Shown here in pieces: positions 42,886-64,000 of a stretch of DNA of 64,000 bases (position 1 is the stretch's first letter; each line of letters begins with the position of its first letter). The notes under the pieces were generated by a model. The model did not search any database. It worked only from the letters and a program-made list of their open reading frames with translations, and was not told the DNA's origin. Location of the stretch: contig CAVNZM010000006.1 in assembly GCA_963693365.1 (NCBI GenBank), positions 5,001,264-5,065,263 of the forward strand, given 5' to 3'. A program made the position numbers and the translations under genes. This stretch comes from Amoebidium appalachense (taxonomy: Eukaryota; Protista; Ichthyosporea).

Positions 42886-43759
42886 TTTCACCTACCATTC
42901 ACCCACCCACCGACACTACATACATACACACCACCACCCCGTACGCTCTACTTCTCCACACACACGCATACACACCTCCACACGCATTAACCACCACTCA
43001 ACTTAATGACTGTATTCTCCATTCTTTGACCTCACCGATAGTCCGAGTTTCTCTTCGTTTTAGTCATGCCCCAGGGGGCTACGGCAAGGAGGGGGAAGGG
43101 GGGGGGGGGGGGGGGGGGGGGTTGGAGATCACCCAGGACACATTTCAATTATGGGGTAGCTGGGGTTAGCCGCCTCACGGCAGAGGCTTTTTTAAGCGGG
43201 ACTATTTGAGTTAGTGTGGTGCTGTCCTCCTCTATGCTGGTCGTGGTGGAGGTGGTGTATTTGTCTGTGTGGTTGGGCCTGGGGAAGGGGAGATGGGTGG
43301 GCAGGAAGAGGCAGTGGTGTATGTGTGTGCTTATGGAGAGGGGAGGGGGAGGGGGGAGTAGATGGCTGGACACACACTCACTACTTTCAAACTACTCCCC
43401 CCTCCTCCCTCCCGTCACACGCGGCGCGCACTCACACACTTGCACACACACCCACACACACCCACACACACACATACACACACACACGCTTCAACGTCCT
43501 GTTCCGTTCTGCTGCCGCTGCCTTCCACACCCACAGAGCCTTTCGAGGATGCAGCGTAAGTGCAAAAATTTTCCTTATGCCCTTTTTGCTTCTCTGGCGG
43601 TTATTGTGACTTACTCAAGCTTAAATTTTTATATCTAATTGATCGTGAGTGTTGTAGATGTCGAGAGCTACATTACTATGAGGTTGAGCTCGCCGATTTT
43701 GTTATGTGTAGAAAAGCACAGACCCGATGACTTGACAGTAAGGCCCGGGTGAGGAGGGG

Positions 43760-43840
<81 letters not shown>

Positions 43841-43843
43841 CGT

Positions 43844-43905
<62 letters not shown>

Positions 43906-44461
43906 AGGGGAGAGAGGGGGAGTAAGAATGGAATATTATAGTGCGCCGTGTTGTCCTTCCCATTCAACTTTATTATTGAAATGAACGGTTGGCTGGGGTG
44001 TGCTGGTGGGAACAGGAATGCATTGGAAATGAAACCGCTTGTTGTCGTCTTGACAAAGAGGGGCTGGTGGGATTTTTTTCGATCGTGGGACATATGACAC
44101 GTGTGTAACTATGCTTTCGAAAAGTGAGACCCCATTGCGAAGCGTATGATACTAGTAACTATGGAGAACGAAGCCTCGCCAGGTTTATTATCCTCTATGG
44201 GCCTTGTTTGTTTTTCCAATATATTGGACTGTTTGCACGTGCATTCCAAGTTCGTATAAAGTGTAATACCAGTCTACGGGGCTGCTATGCTAACTGGTGA
44301 TAATTTTTTGTTCTTTTTCTTTTTTTTCTTTCTTTCTTTCTTTCTTTTTTTTTTTTTTCCCCTTCTCCTTTTGCAGGTATGCTCTGTCTGTGGGTGAGAT
44401 GAGTGGTCCCGTCTTCACTGACTCTGGTATCCATCTTATTCTCCGGACCCCCGTCGAATAG
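38072..44461 (+). CDS. PIN1: Pin1/Ess1 peptidyl-prolyl cis-trans isomerase (WW plus parvulin domains), 7 exons
   Basis: Exons 38072-38123 ([17 protein letters not shown]), 38693-38773 ([18 protein letters not shown]), 39265-39332 ([21 protein letters not shown]), 39933-39978 (ITRTKEE), 42209-42328 ([29 protein letters not shown]), 43537-43555 (KPFEDAA), 44377-44461 ([25 protein letters not shown]). Confidence 0.97.
39060..39138 (+). other. 35-bp near-perfect inverted repeat (hairpin, 9-nt loop) in Pin1 intron 2
   Basis: aagataaaagtgaatgggagaactgaggatacctt / aaggtatcctcagttttcccattcacttttatctt. The single mismatch is G-U on the + (sense) strand. Confidence 0.9.
40771..41460. mobile_element. 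Putative MITE in Pin1 intron 4
   Basis: Inverted ends gtgatgagtcggccg..cgagccac and gtggctcgcggtcgacttatcac, plus the repeated palindromic motif gccacttttgtggc. Confidence 0.55.
41783..42218 (+). repeat. Tandem array of about 56-bp units, each containing the Pin1 exon-5 acceptor and first exon bases
   Basis: Nine occurrences of (tg)tatt/ccag|gc(t)ac..; only the last continues into the real exon. Confidence 0.95.
42363..42526 (+). repeat. R1 M1 monomer, 5'-truncated, between poly(C) tracts just inside Pin1 intron 5
   Basis: agacgcaattgatgacttgggccctccctgaggatggg...ttccgcattcaaac(C)n. Confidence 0.92.
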
Positions 44462-45465
44462 ATATCTACACTTGCACTCTTGGAAGGGGTGTTTTAGTTT
44501 TCACAGAGACATTCATTGTAATTTGCAGCTTGACGGTGGTGTAATCTGGTATACATGTATATGTGGCTGTAAGGTACACAGATGTTCCAATTACGTGCAT
44601 TTCGTTTGCTTCTTGTGTTCGTTTCTTTTACCTATTCGCTCTTTGTTTTCTGGCCTGAGAATCTGCACATGCACTTGGTGTGCCCCGTGCCTGTGGTGTG
44701 GGTGATCGGTAAAATTTCGTTGCATGTTTTGCTATATATGCATATGATGCTAGAAAACACCGGATTAACCTGCTTTGTTTGTACCGTTGTGTTTATTTTT
44801 CGAGCCATCATATGGATTCACAAGATCATTTGATGCCATACTTGTTAGCCAAATAATACACAACCAAGTCCTATTCTGAAGTGTCTTAGTAAGGTCGTCC
44901 TAATGCATATGCATGCTGTGATGAATTGAAATAAACCAAACTTTTGGATTGATACTCCAAACTCTCGAAAAAAAAAATGTGCGGTTGATATGGGAGATCC
45001 CCCCCCCCCACACACACACACACACGCACACACACAGATCCGGTCACTCGTCACGTCCCCTGAATTGATAAAATGATGAGACTCATTGCTCCTCCTCCCC
45101 CCCTCCCCACTCCCCCCCCCCCCCCCCCCCCCCCCCCCTCCCCCCCTACACACACACTCAAACACAACACACGGATACTCACTTGCCACGTCTCTGAATT
45201 TATATTACTATTGTATGGTACCGGTGCTGCTCTAAAGAGAACGGGCCAAAATGGGCACACTTCTGGGCAGGCGGGCGGTGGCTGGTGGTGGTGGTGGGTG
45301 GGTGGGGGGGGGGGGGGGGGGGGGGGGGGGGATTTCATGAGAGTGCCAGCGTGTGGATGGGAGGAGGTGTTGGGGCTACCAGCGCTCCAGGTGGTGGCAT
45401 GGGGAAGAAAATGGAAGAGAGGGTGGTCGGACAATGCGCAGGAGGGAAGAGGGGCGGGGTGGGGC

Positions 45466-45499
<34 letters not shown>

Positions 45500-46114
45500 C
45501 TCTTGAAGGAGGGAGGGGTTAAGGAAGTGATTTTAAAAATCATGCAAACTGTATGGAATGGCCGGGAAGTATTTCCGACGACAGAAACGGTGTGGTGTAT
45601 TGGCGTGTGTGTACACGTGTGCGTGTGTACACGTGTGTGTGTGTGTTTTGTTGGTGTGTTGTGCTTTTCCCGTGTGGTTGTGGAGAAAGGGTATGGTGGG
45701 TGCAGTGGTATGGGGAATCTGAAGACACGAGGTAGAGGAGGGTGAGTAGAAGGTGGGGAGAGGGGCGGGAGGGGAGGGGTTACAAGCATACACACAGGAG
45801 GGTGGGGGCAGGGGGTGCAGAGGGATGAGGGGAAGGGGGAAGAGTGGGGAGGAGGAAGACATGGGCCAGAAAATGTAAGAGAAAGAGGCAGGAGAGGAGT
45901 GGGGAGGAGAGGTGGGGGAGAGCAAGATGGGGAAAGGGATAGAGCGAGAGTGTGTGTGTGTGTGTGCGAGGGAAGGGAGGGAGGGAGGGAGAGAGGGAGT
46001 GAGATAGAGAGACAAAGAGGGGGGAGAGGGAGAGGGGAAGGGGGGGACTGGGGGGAGGGGAAGGGGTGAGGGTGGGGGGGCGGTGGGGGGGAAGAGGTGG
46101 GGGGGGGAAGAGAT

Positions 46115-46261
<147 letters not shown>

Positions 46262-46635
46262 TCCTGGTGTCATAGGCGAGTTTTACATGTGAAAAAAAAA
46301 ATATGCTTTTGTGTATCTGTACCCGACAGAGTTGGTATGTGCATTACCTGAGCCTGTATGCTCAAGGCCGTAAAAGAACTTCATGTATAAGTTTACAACA
46401 GCCAAACGCAAGGATGTTACCAAAATACTACACATCGTCCGCACAATGCAATTTCACCAAGATGTTGATGTCGAGGTTGACATCACATAGTGCGATTTCG
46501 TAACTAAACATGGCATTAGAAAAAAGGTTGTACCTAGGAGTGATGGGTAGGAGGGCCAAGGCCCCAGGAGAACAAAAAAAATCGAAAACAAAATACCCTT
46601 TCCCACCTTCGCATCTCCCCTTCCTGCCTTCGTGT

Positions 46636-47037
46636 TCACTCCACCTTTTTCTGCGCCTCTTTCGCCTTCACCTCCTCCAAAACGCTCTGTGCGACCCTGA
46701 ACGCTTCCACGGCCGCCGGGCATCCAGCATAGACGGCAACATGCATCAGCGTAGCACGAACCTCATCAACAGTTGCTCCATTGTTAAACGCACCACGGAT
46801 GTGTCCCTTAAGCTCTGGGCTTTTCCCCATCGCTGCAAGCATGGCACATGTGATCAGAGAGCGCGTTTTCAGGTCCAGATCTGTGTTTTGCCATGTGCTT
46901 CCCCAAGCGTGGGTGTTGATGTAGTCTTGAAGCGGCTGAGAGAAATCGTCGGCGGAAGACAGAGCTCGTTCGACGAATTCTGAGCCCATGACCTTTGTGC
47001 GCATGGCTATGCCTCGCTCCTTGAGTTGGCTCTCCAT
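46636..47037 (-). CDS. pcaC: Carboxymuconolactone decarboxylase family protein (PcaC-like, CMD/AhpD superfamily), intronless, 133 aa
   Basis: MESQLKERGIAMRTKVMGSEFVERA...DDFSQPLQDYINTHAWGSTW...LDLKTRSLITCAMLAAMG...ELKGHIRGAFNNGAT.DEVR..LMHVAVYAGCPAAVEAF matches the bacterial PcaC pattern. No AhpD CxxC motif. Confidence 0.9.
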   Translation of the reverse strand: MESQLKERGIAMRTKVMGSEFVERALSSADDFSQPLQDYINTHAWGSTWQNTDLDLKTRSLITCAMLAAMGKSPELKGHIRGAFNNGATVDEVRATLMHVAVYAGCPAAVEAFRVAQSVLEEVKAKEAQKKVE

Positions 47038-47471
47038 TTTCCGTGTGTTAGTTTTGGCTTTTTGGTTATGTCTAAGTGTGTTTCTGTGTGCTTGTCCCAA
47101 CACTGCCCCGGGGGTGGCTATGAGTGAGGGGTAGGGGGCACTTGCGCAAGATTAGCGCAAAATAAAAATTTGGCGCGCTGTGGCTGATGAAGTTGTGTTC
47201 AGCCTGAGGGCCGTGATGAAGTGGGCTGCCAGCCAGCTCACTCGAGCTTACTGACTATTAGCAGTACATATATAGTGTGTAGGTGTCAGAAGTAGAACTT
47301 GAAGTTCTGTATACGTAGATGTGCTCATATCATTCATTTACACGGGGACACGCGGGATTGTAATGCACACACATATATAGTATGTTCCTACTCTAATATA
47401 TTGTTGCGGCCGCATACAGTACCCATCTTATCTGCGTCCCCCACACCGGTTTTAAAATCACAAAAGAGAGA

Positions 47472-47994
47472 ATGGATCTTGATGGCGTTGATTGGCTAGT
47501 GGCGGAGGGAATTAAGGTAAGCGCACAGGGACAGTCTGTGCTGCAAGGGGTTGAAGAGTTTACGCAAAAACTGAAGGAAAGGGCTTACAGCGTAGAGATG
47601 GAAGCAAAACAACTGAGGGTGGAGAGACAGGCGCTTGACGAGGAAAGGGGGGTCATAGTGAGGAGAGGAAAATGAAAGGATGTATCAAAACTGTTATACA
47701 CATGTATGACTGTGCATTTGTGCATGTTTTGAGTTTTGGTTTGCCTGTGTGGGTGGGGTGTGGTCCGAGCAGGCAAACCAAACTTTGCAGTTGGGAAGTG
47801 GGTTTAAGCGAGCTGGTGTATTCGAGTGCACATCTGCTTATGTTCCGAGTGTTTTGTTGTGTGGGTGAACGGTATGGTAGGTTTCGAAGCAAACTTTTTT
47901 GGTTGAGTGAGTGTTGGCCGTGTTTCAGATGTGAGCGTGTGCCCAAATGTGGGTGTACATTCGCATGTGCTTGTGTGTGTATGTGTGTGTGTGT

Positions 47995-48029
<35 letters not shown>

Positions 48030-48310
48030 TGAGTACTCGTGTGCACGTGTTTATGTAGTATGTGTGTACGTACCTCTGGTGTGCGAATTCTTATTTCCAA
48101 ACGGTGTGTGTGTGACACGTTTTAGTGCATGGTGGTTGTGCGTGTTGTTCGGGTGTGCTCTTTGATTAATTTTTGTGGTTTGTATGGCTTTATCTATGTA
48201 AGTGTTTTATAAGAGAATGGGCTAGCGTGTGTGTGCGTGCGTGCGTGTGTGTGTGCGTGCGTGCGTGCGTGCGTGCGTGTGTGCATGCATGCGTGTGTGC
48301 GTGTGTGCGC

Positions 48311-48345
<35 letters not shown>

Positions 48346-50291
48346 TGTGCATGAAACCAGGGCAAAAAGGGCTGTGATTTTTTTTGGAGAGAGGGGAGGC
48401 GGGAGGAGGTGGGGGGGGGAGGGGGGGGAGGGGACGTTTCACGAATAAGAAGTGATGTCTCTTCGTTATGCTTCATGCTCATTGGTCCCTCCCATCCACC
48501 GCCCCCCTGCCCTCCCTCCCCCCCCCCCCCCCTCCCCCCCTTCTCTTCTGTGAATTTCAGAATGTAGAGCCTGTGTAGATGTGGGTAAAGGAAAAGGGGA
48601 GGGAAAGAGCGTGGGGGGGGGGGGGCTCTCGTTGATAAGGAAAAGCTGGCTTAGTGCACAAAGTGTAAAAGAAGTGTGTAGTTAAGGGCGGGGGAATAGA
48701 CAGAGTAACGGGATACCCTGACCCTTGGACTACGTATACAAATACGCTGTGCACACAGTGGAAGGGTGTGGTGTGTGAGAGAAAGGAGTAAAGAACTTAA
48801 CGAGAGATGTTTGTATGTGGCGTTATCAACCCTTGTGTATACATATATGTAGGACCATTGGTGGTGTGTTTTTAACCTGCTGATGTCTTTGTCATGCTCT
48901 CTTCTTCTTCCCTCCCCCCCCCCCCCCCCCTGGCTGGCCCCCCTCGACCCCCCCCTTTCCCCCCCCCCCCCCCCCCCCGCCTTTCCCCCCCCCCCCCCCC
49001 CCCCCCAACTTATAGGAGACGGTTTGCCGAGGAATGCGAGTCCGTGCGGCAGCTAGGTGTGCAGACGGACGACCGAATAGTTTTGGACGTGGGGGGCCGT
49101 CAGTACGCTACCACCCGCCAGACTCTCTGCACCCTTCCCGGGTCAATGCTGGCTGCGTGGTTCAGCGGCCACCACGCTATACACACACGCGAGGACGGGA
49201 CGGTGTTTATCGACCGATCCTCTCACCTGTTTGAGTACGTGCTTCAATTATTTGCGAAACGGCGCAGACGCGAAGTGTCTTCCGACGACGGACGAAGATA
49301 CGATGAAGTGTTTGAGCAGGGAGTTTGATTACTTTGGGTTGAAATGGCCGGAGCAACACGAGAGGAGTGTGCTCGACGTTATGCGAGGAGGAATGAAGTG
49401 TGTGGTTATGGAGAACGAAACGCATTGGATGGGCGAGCCGGTGGAAATGGGGCCCAATCGTTTGGGTCGCACGGAGTACGGACCTCGCCCCATGTTCAAA
49501 CTCTGGGATTCGACGACTGGAAAACTAGTACTCAACATAGGATCTTCGCTCGACGCCAGCAGGGGCCGGTTGGGGTCAAACGAGAACACTTTTGACAGCT
49601 TTTAGTTGGCAGGGGAGTATGTGGGCGCTCACCAAAAACACGCCGATGGAGGGGAGAGTATCATGTTGTACAAAAGCAAAGACGGAGCGTTTATGTGTGT
49701 GTTCTACCAGAGGAACTTTGGGGGCGTGAAAGGCCGTTCTACTCAATGCTTGTTGTCCAGGACAAAACACTCGTGGTATCTTTCAACAACAACACGCTCG
49801 CGTGGGATATCACCTCTGGTGTTCGAAAGTGGGAGGAGTCAAACGATTCCACGACACCAGTTTTTGATCTGCACCCGGGCCCAACGCCTGATACTTCTGT
49901 TCGTGTCGGTCACAAAGACGTATATGTTGCTAGTGGGGAAACAGGCCAAAAGGTTCTGTGTGAACAGCCTGAACAGTGGAGACACCTTGACTCTATGGAT
50001 GTGGACGTGTTTCCCCAACCGCACAATGGAACGGCTCGGGCCGTCTGCATGGAACCTGGTCAGTCCGGATTTCGACCGCTTGTTGTGTTTGTGTGCGTGT
50101 GGAACGTAAATGGAAAGCAGCTGATTGTCAACCCATTTATGGGGGACCTTTTGGCAAATGCTGTAACCCAGTTGTCTTTCAACAGGATTAGGTGGCTCTC
50201 AAGTGATGCAGTCGCTATATGCACAACTGCGGGTTTCAATATGCACCGATTAGTTTTTTCTAGGACCGCGTGCGTGTGGAAGAGTGTGTGA
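47472..50291 (+). pseudogene. Disabled coiled-coil + BTB/POZ (KCTD/T1-type) + beta-propeller-like gene
   Basis: Exon 47472-47647 (coiled coil) and exon 49016-50291 with IVLDVGGRQYATTRQTL...SMLAAWFSG...DGTVFIDR..LFEYVL/NYLR...REFDYFGL. Lesions: frameshift near 49244, in-frame TAG at 49603-49605, frameshift in a GT run near 49695-49702, and an expected donor reading GG (ag|gggggt) at 47648. Confidence 0.8.
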
Positions 50292-50430
50292 CCCTTATGT
50301 TGGGTGATAGGGAATGGTGGGTCGGTGCCGTAAGGGAAGAGGGTAATGTGCAATACGGTGGGGGCAGTACGAGTATTTCTGTTGTCGGGGAGGATGGTGT
50401 TTGGAAGGTGTGGACACCGGGAAAAGGTTA

Positions 50431-50970
50431 ACACTCGAAAGCGCCCTCGAGTGGACTGATGGTTGTGGTAGGGAATATCATATGTCATATCTGTACATAT
50501 CAGGCTGCAACACACTCGAGCTCATACACATGACACATTACAGAGCTGTTCAAGAGTTTGCTTTGTTTGTCTTTAAATGTTTTTTTTTTTAGACGCTGGA
50601 TACACTCGAGCTCATACACATTACATGTACAGCTGTAGAGTTACTTAGAAGTTTGCTATGTTTGAATTTTTACTACAAATGTCGGTTTGTAATGAATACA
50701 TCTCGAGCTCGAGCTTATATGTACACGTTACAGAGTTGGTCATGGCCAAGAAAGTTGTTAAAATTTATGTTTTTACAGTACTGGATGCACTCGATTTTAC
50801 ACATAATAGTATCACTCATATTACAAAACCAGTCAGGATTGTGTTTTGTTGTACTGCAGCTGGATAACCTCGAGCTCATACGTATACACGTCACAGAGTT
50901 CGTCATTACCAGGATTGTGTTTTAATTTAATTTTAAGTTTAAATGTTTTTGAAGTACGGGATACACTCGA
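50431..50970. repeat. Degenerate minisatellite, about 85-95-bp period, core ggatacactcgagctcatac
   Basis: Core recurs at about 50431, 50512, 50597, 50697, 50782, 50861 and 50959. Confidence 0.8.
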
Positions 50971-51402
50971 AATTTAGGCAAGATAGATTTGTTTTGTTAA
51001 AAATTTAAACCTTTTTGAAGAAAACATTCCCGGTGCTGCTCGAGTATGGTCAAACGCCGTATGACACCAACCGATGTGTACAAACCTTGAAGAACATCGT
51101 AGGGCTTAGCCTACAACTTCGTTATAAATGCATATGCATTTGCACTACGTATGGGTCCGGTTTTTTTTGTTTTTTTTTTGTTTTGTTTTCTTTATGATTG
51201 CTATGCACACTGGCACCGTGGAATATGCCATTGGGACAAGATGCCAGCGGCCATGATAAATTGTAGGGTTTTATGGTACTGTGCCTACCTATTACTCACG
51301 CGATCTTTCTGCGTATGTGTATCGATTGACCAATGTATTTATACTATTATTGTTCAGACTGTGACATGACCTTGTGTACGCACGGCAGCAGCTTCATGAT
51401 GA

Positions 51403-51444
<42 letters not shown>

Positions 51445-51621
51445 ACAACAACAACAACAACAACCCCTAACCCCCACCCACCAACCAGCGCCACCACCAC
51501 CACGGGTGACCACCACCAAAATAATAAGAGAAAAAAAACGAGGCGGAAAAAAAATCATGATGTGCCGTGTAATAAACACTTGCACACACACACACACAGA
51601 CACACACACACACACACACAT

Positions 51622-51659
<38 letters not shown>

Positions 51660-51764
51660 ACGCCACCACCACCACCAGCAGCTGATTCAGAGCATGAACG
51701 TTCACATGCATATATGGAGGCCAGGGTTTGTTGTTATTGTTGTTGTTGGGGTGGGGGTGGGGGT

Positions 51765-51799
<35 letters not shown>

Positions 51800-52560
51800 C
51801 TTTGAAAGGCAATTAAAAAAAAAAAACATTGTTCGAATCATGTCCTCTTTATTGCGTTAAATTACATCAAATTTTGGTTTGCAGAAAGGTGCCGGTACCG
51901 TATCAAGAGTACTCATGTGATCATGCCTGACAAGGCACAAAATTGGTTAAGCTCGAGGCACAAAATGTTTCAATAAATACAGAATTTTTCTTATTCCTTT
52001 TTCTGGAAAATTGACCTCTACGAAATTTGAAAACATCACTCATTATGTGCATGCATGCTCAAAGAGCTAAATTCGCATAAAACACCCCGACTGTACGCAA
52101 GGTCAAAAGTTAAAAAGGGTTCACGGAATAAATAGGGATATTGGCTTAACTTTTAACTAAAGCATTACATTCACACCCACTTACACACGCTCATTAATAC
52201 AGGCATGTTGACCTTCGTACAGCAGGATATAATAAACTAACGTGCGCAAATTTCTGAATGATGGTGCATGTGGCACTCATCCTCCCATAGACATGCAGCA
52301 GTTTGACTTCCCAAAAACGAGGTTAGCAGGAAAGGGAAAATACGTATACAAAGATAACGGGGCAAAAAAAAATAAAAACAAGACACATGTACGGAATACC
52401 ACGAGTACGACATAGTACACCTGCTACAGTACTTGCAAGTTCACATCAGCGAGGCGAAATGTACATTAATCAAATTTACACCAAATGTACAGCACAAATT
52501 TCAAGGCAAACACTGCAGCATGTGCACGAGCCTGAATCATTTTAAAAAAAATTGTGCGCC

Positions 52561-52596
<36 letters not shown>

Positions 52597-52603
52597 CGTG
52601 TGA

Positions 52604-52679
<76 letters not shown>

Positions 52680-52846
52680 GTGTGTGTGTATTTGCCATCA
52701 GTAGCCTTCACAGGGGAAGGGGGGGGGGGGGGGGGGGCGGGGGAGGGCAGGGGGGGGGGGGGAGGTGAGAGTGGGGATGGGGTGGGGCACCAGGGGCAGG
52801 GGGGGGGGAAGGGGGGGGAGGGGGGAGGGGGGTTGTTGTTGTTGTC

Positions 52847-63785
<10,939 letters not shown>

Positions 63786-63876
63786 CTGCACGTGTGTGTG
63801 TGTGTGTGTGTGTGTTTGTTTGTGTGTGTGTGTGTGTGTGCGTGTGTGCGTGCATGCGTGCTTGCGCGCACGCGCG

Positions 63877-63923
<47 letters not shown>

Positions 63924-64000
63924 GTGTGTGTGCGCGCGCGTGCGTGTGTCTGTGAGCACTCACACAGTCCAGCACCATTCAAAGCACGAAGTCCCTACCA

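Noticed and set aside
49603-49605. Stop-codon readthrough or genetic-code reassignment of TAG in the BTB gene
   Set aside because: TAG terminates PCID2 and Pin1 normally, and the accompanying frameshifts indicate pseudogenisation.

Overview
This is eukaryotic genomic DNA. The protein content and intron style suggest a unicellular opisthokont, possibly a holozoan, but that is inference and the species cannot be named. Short GT-AG exons sit in introns packed with poly(C)/poly(G) tracts, poly(A)/poly(T) runs and (CA)n/(GT)n microsatellites, so almost all of the supplied ORF track is low-complexity noise. Four spliced genes were rebuilt by hand: tyrosine aminotransferase (+, 5' end outside the window), PCID2/Thp1-Csn12 (-), Pin1 (+, head-to-head with PCID2) and an FFAT-containing OSBP (-, 5' end outside the window) that hosts an intron-containing tRNA-Tyr(GTA). 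There are also an intronless C2H2 zinc-finger ORF, an intronless bacterial-type carboxymuconolactone decarboxylase gene, and a disabled BTB/POZ gene. Several MITE-like elements and two dispersed repeat families are present. The best candidate for an undescribed system is repeat family R1. It has at least 13 intronic copies, all sense to their host gene, with variable 5' truncation, a 3' end running into poly(C), and a covarying hairpin. Other signals are a 9-copy tandem array of the Pin1 exon-5 splice acceptor, a 35-bp intronic hairpin, and (CA)n-AG acceptors with no polypyrimidine tract.
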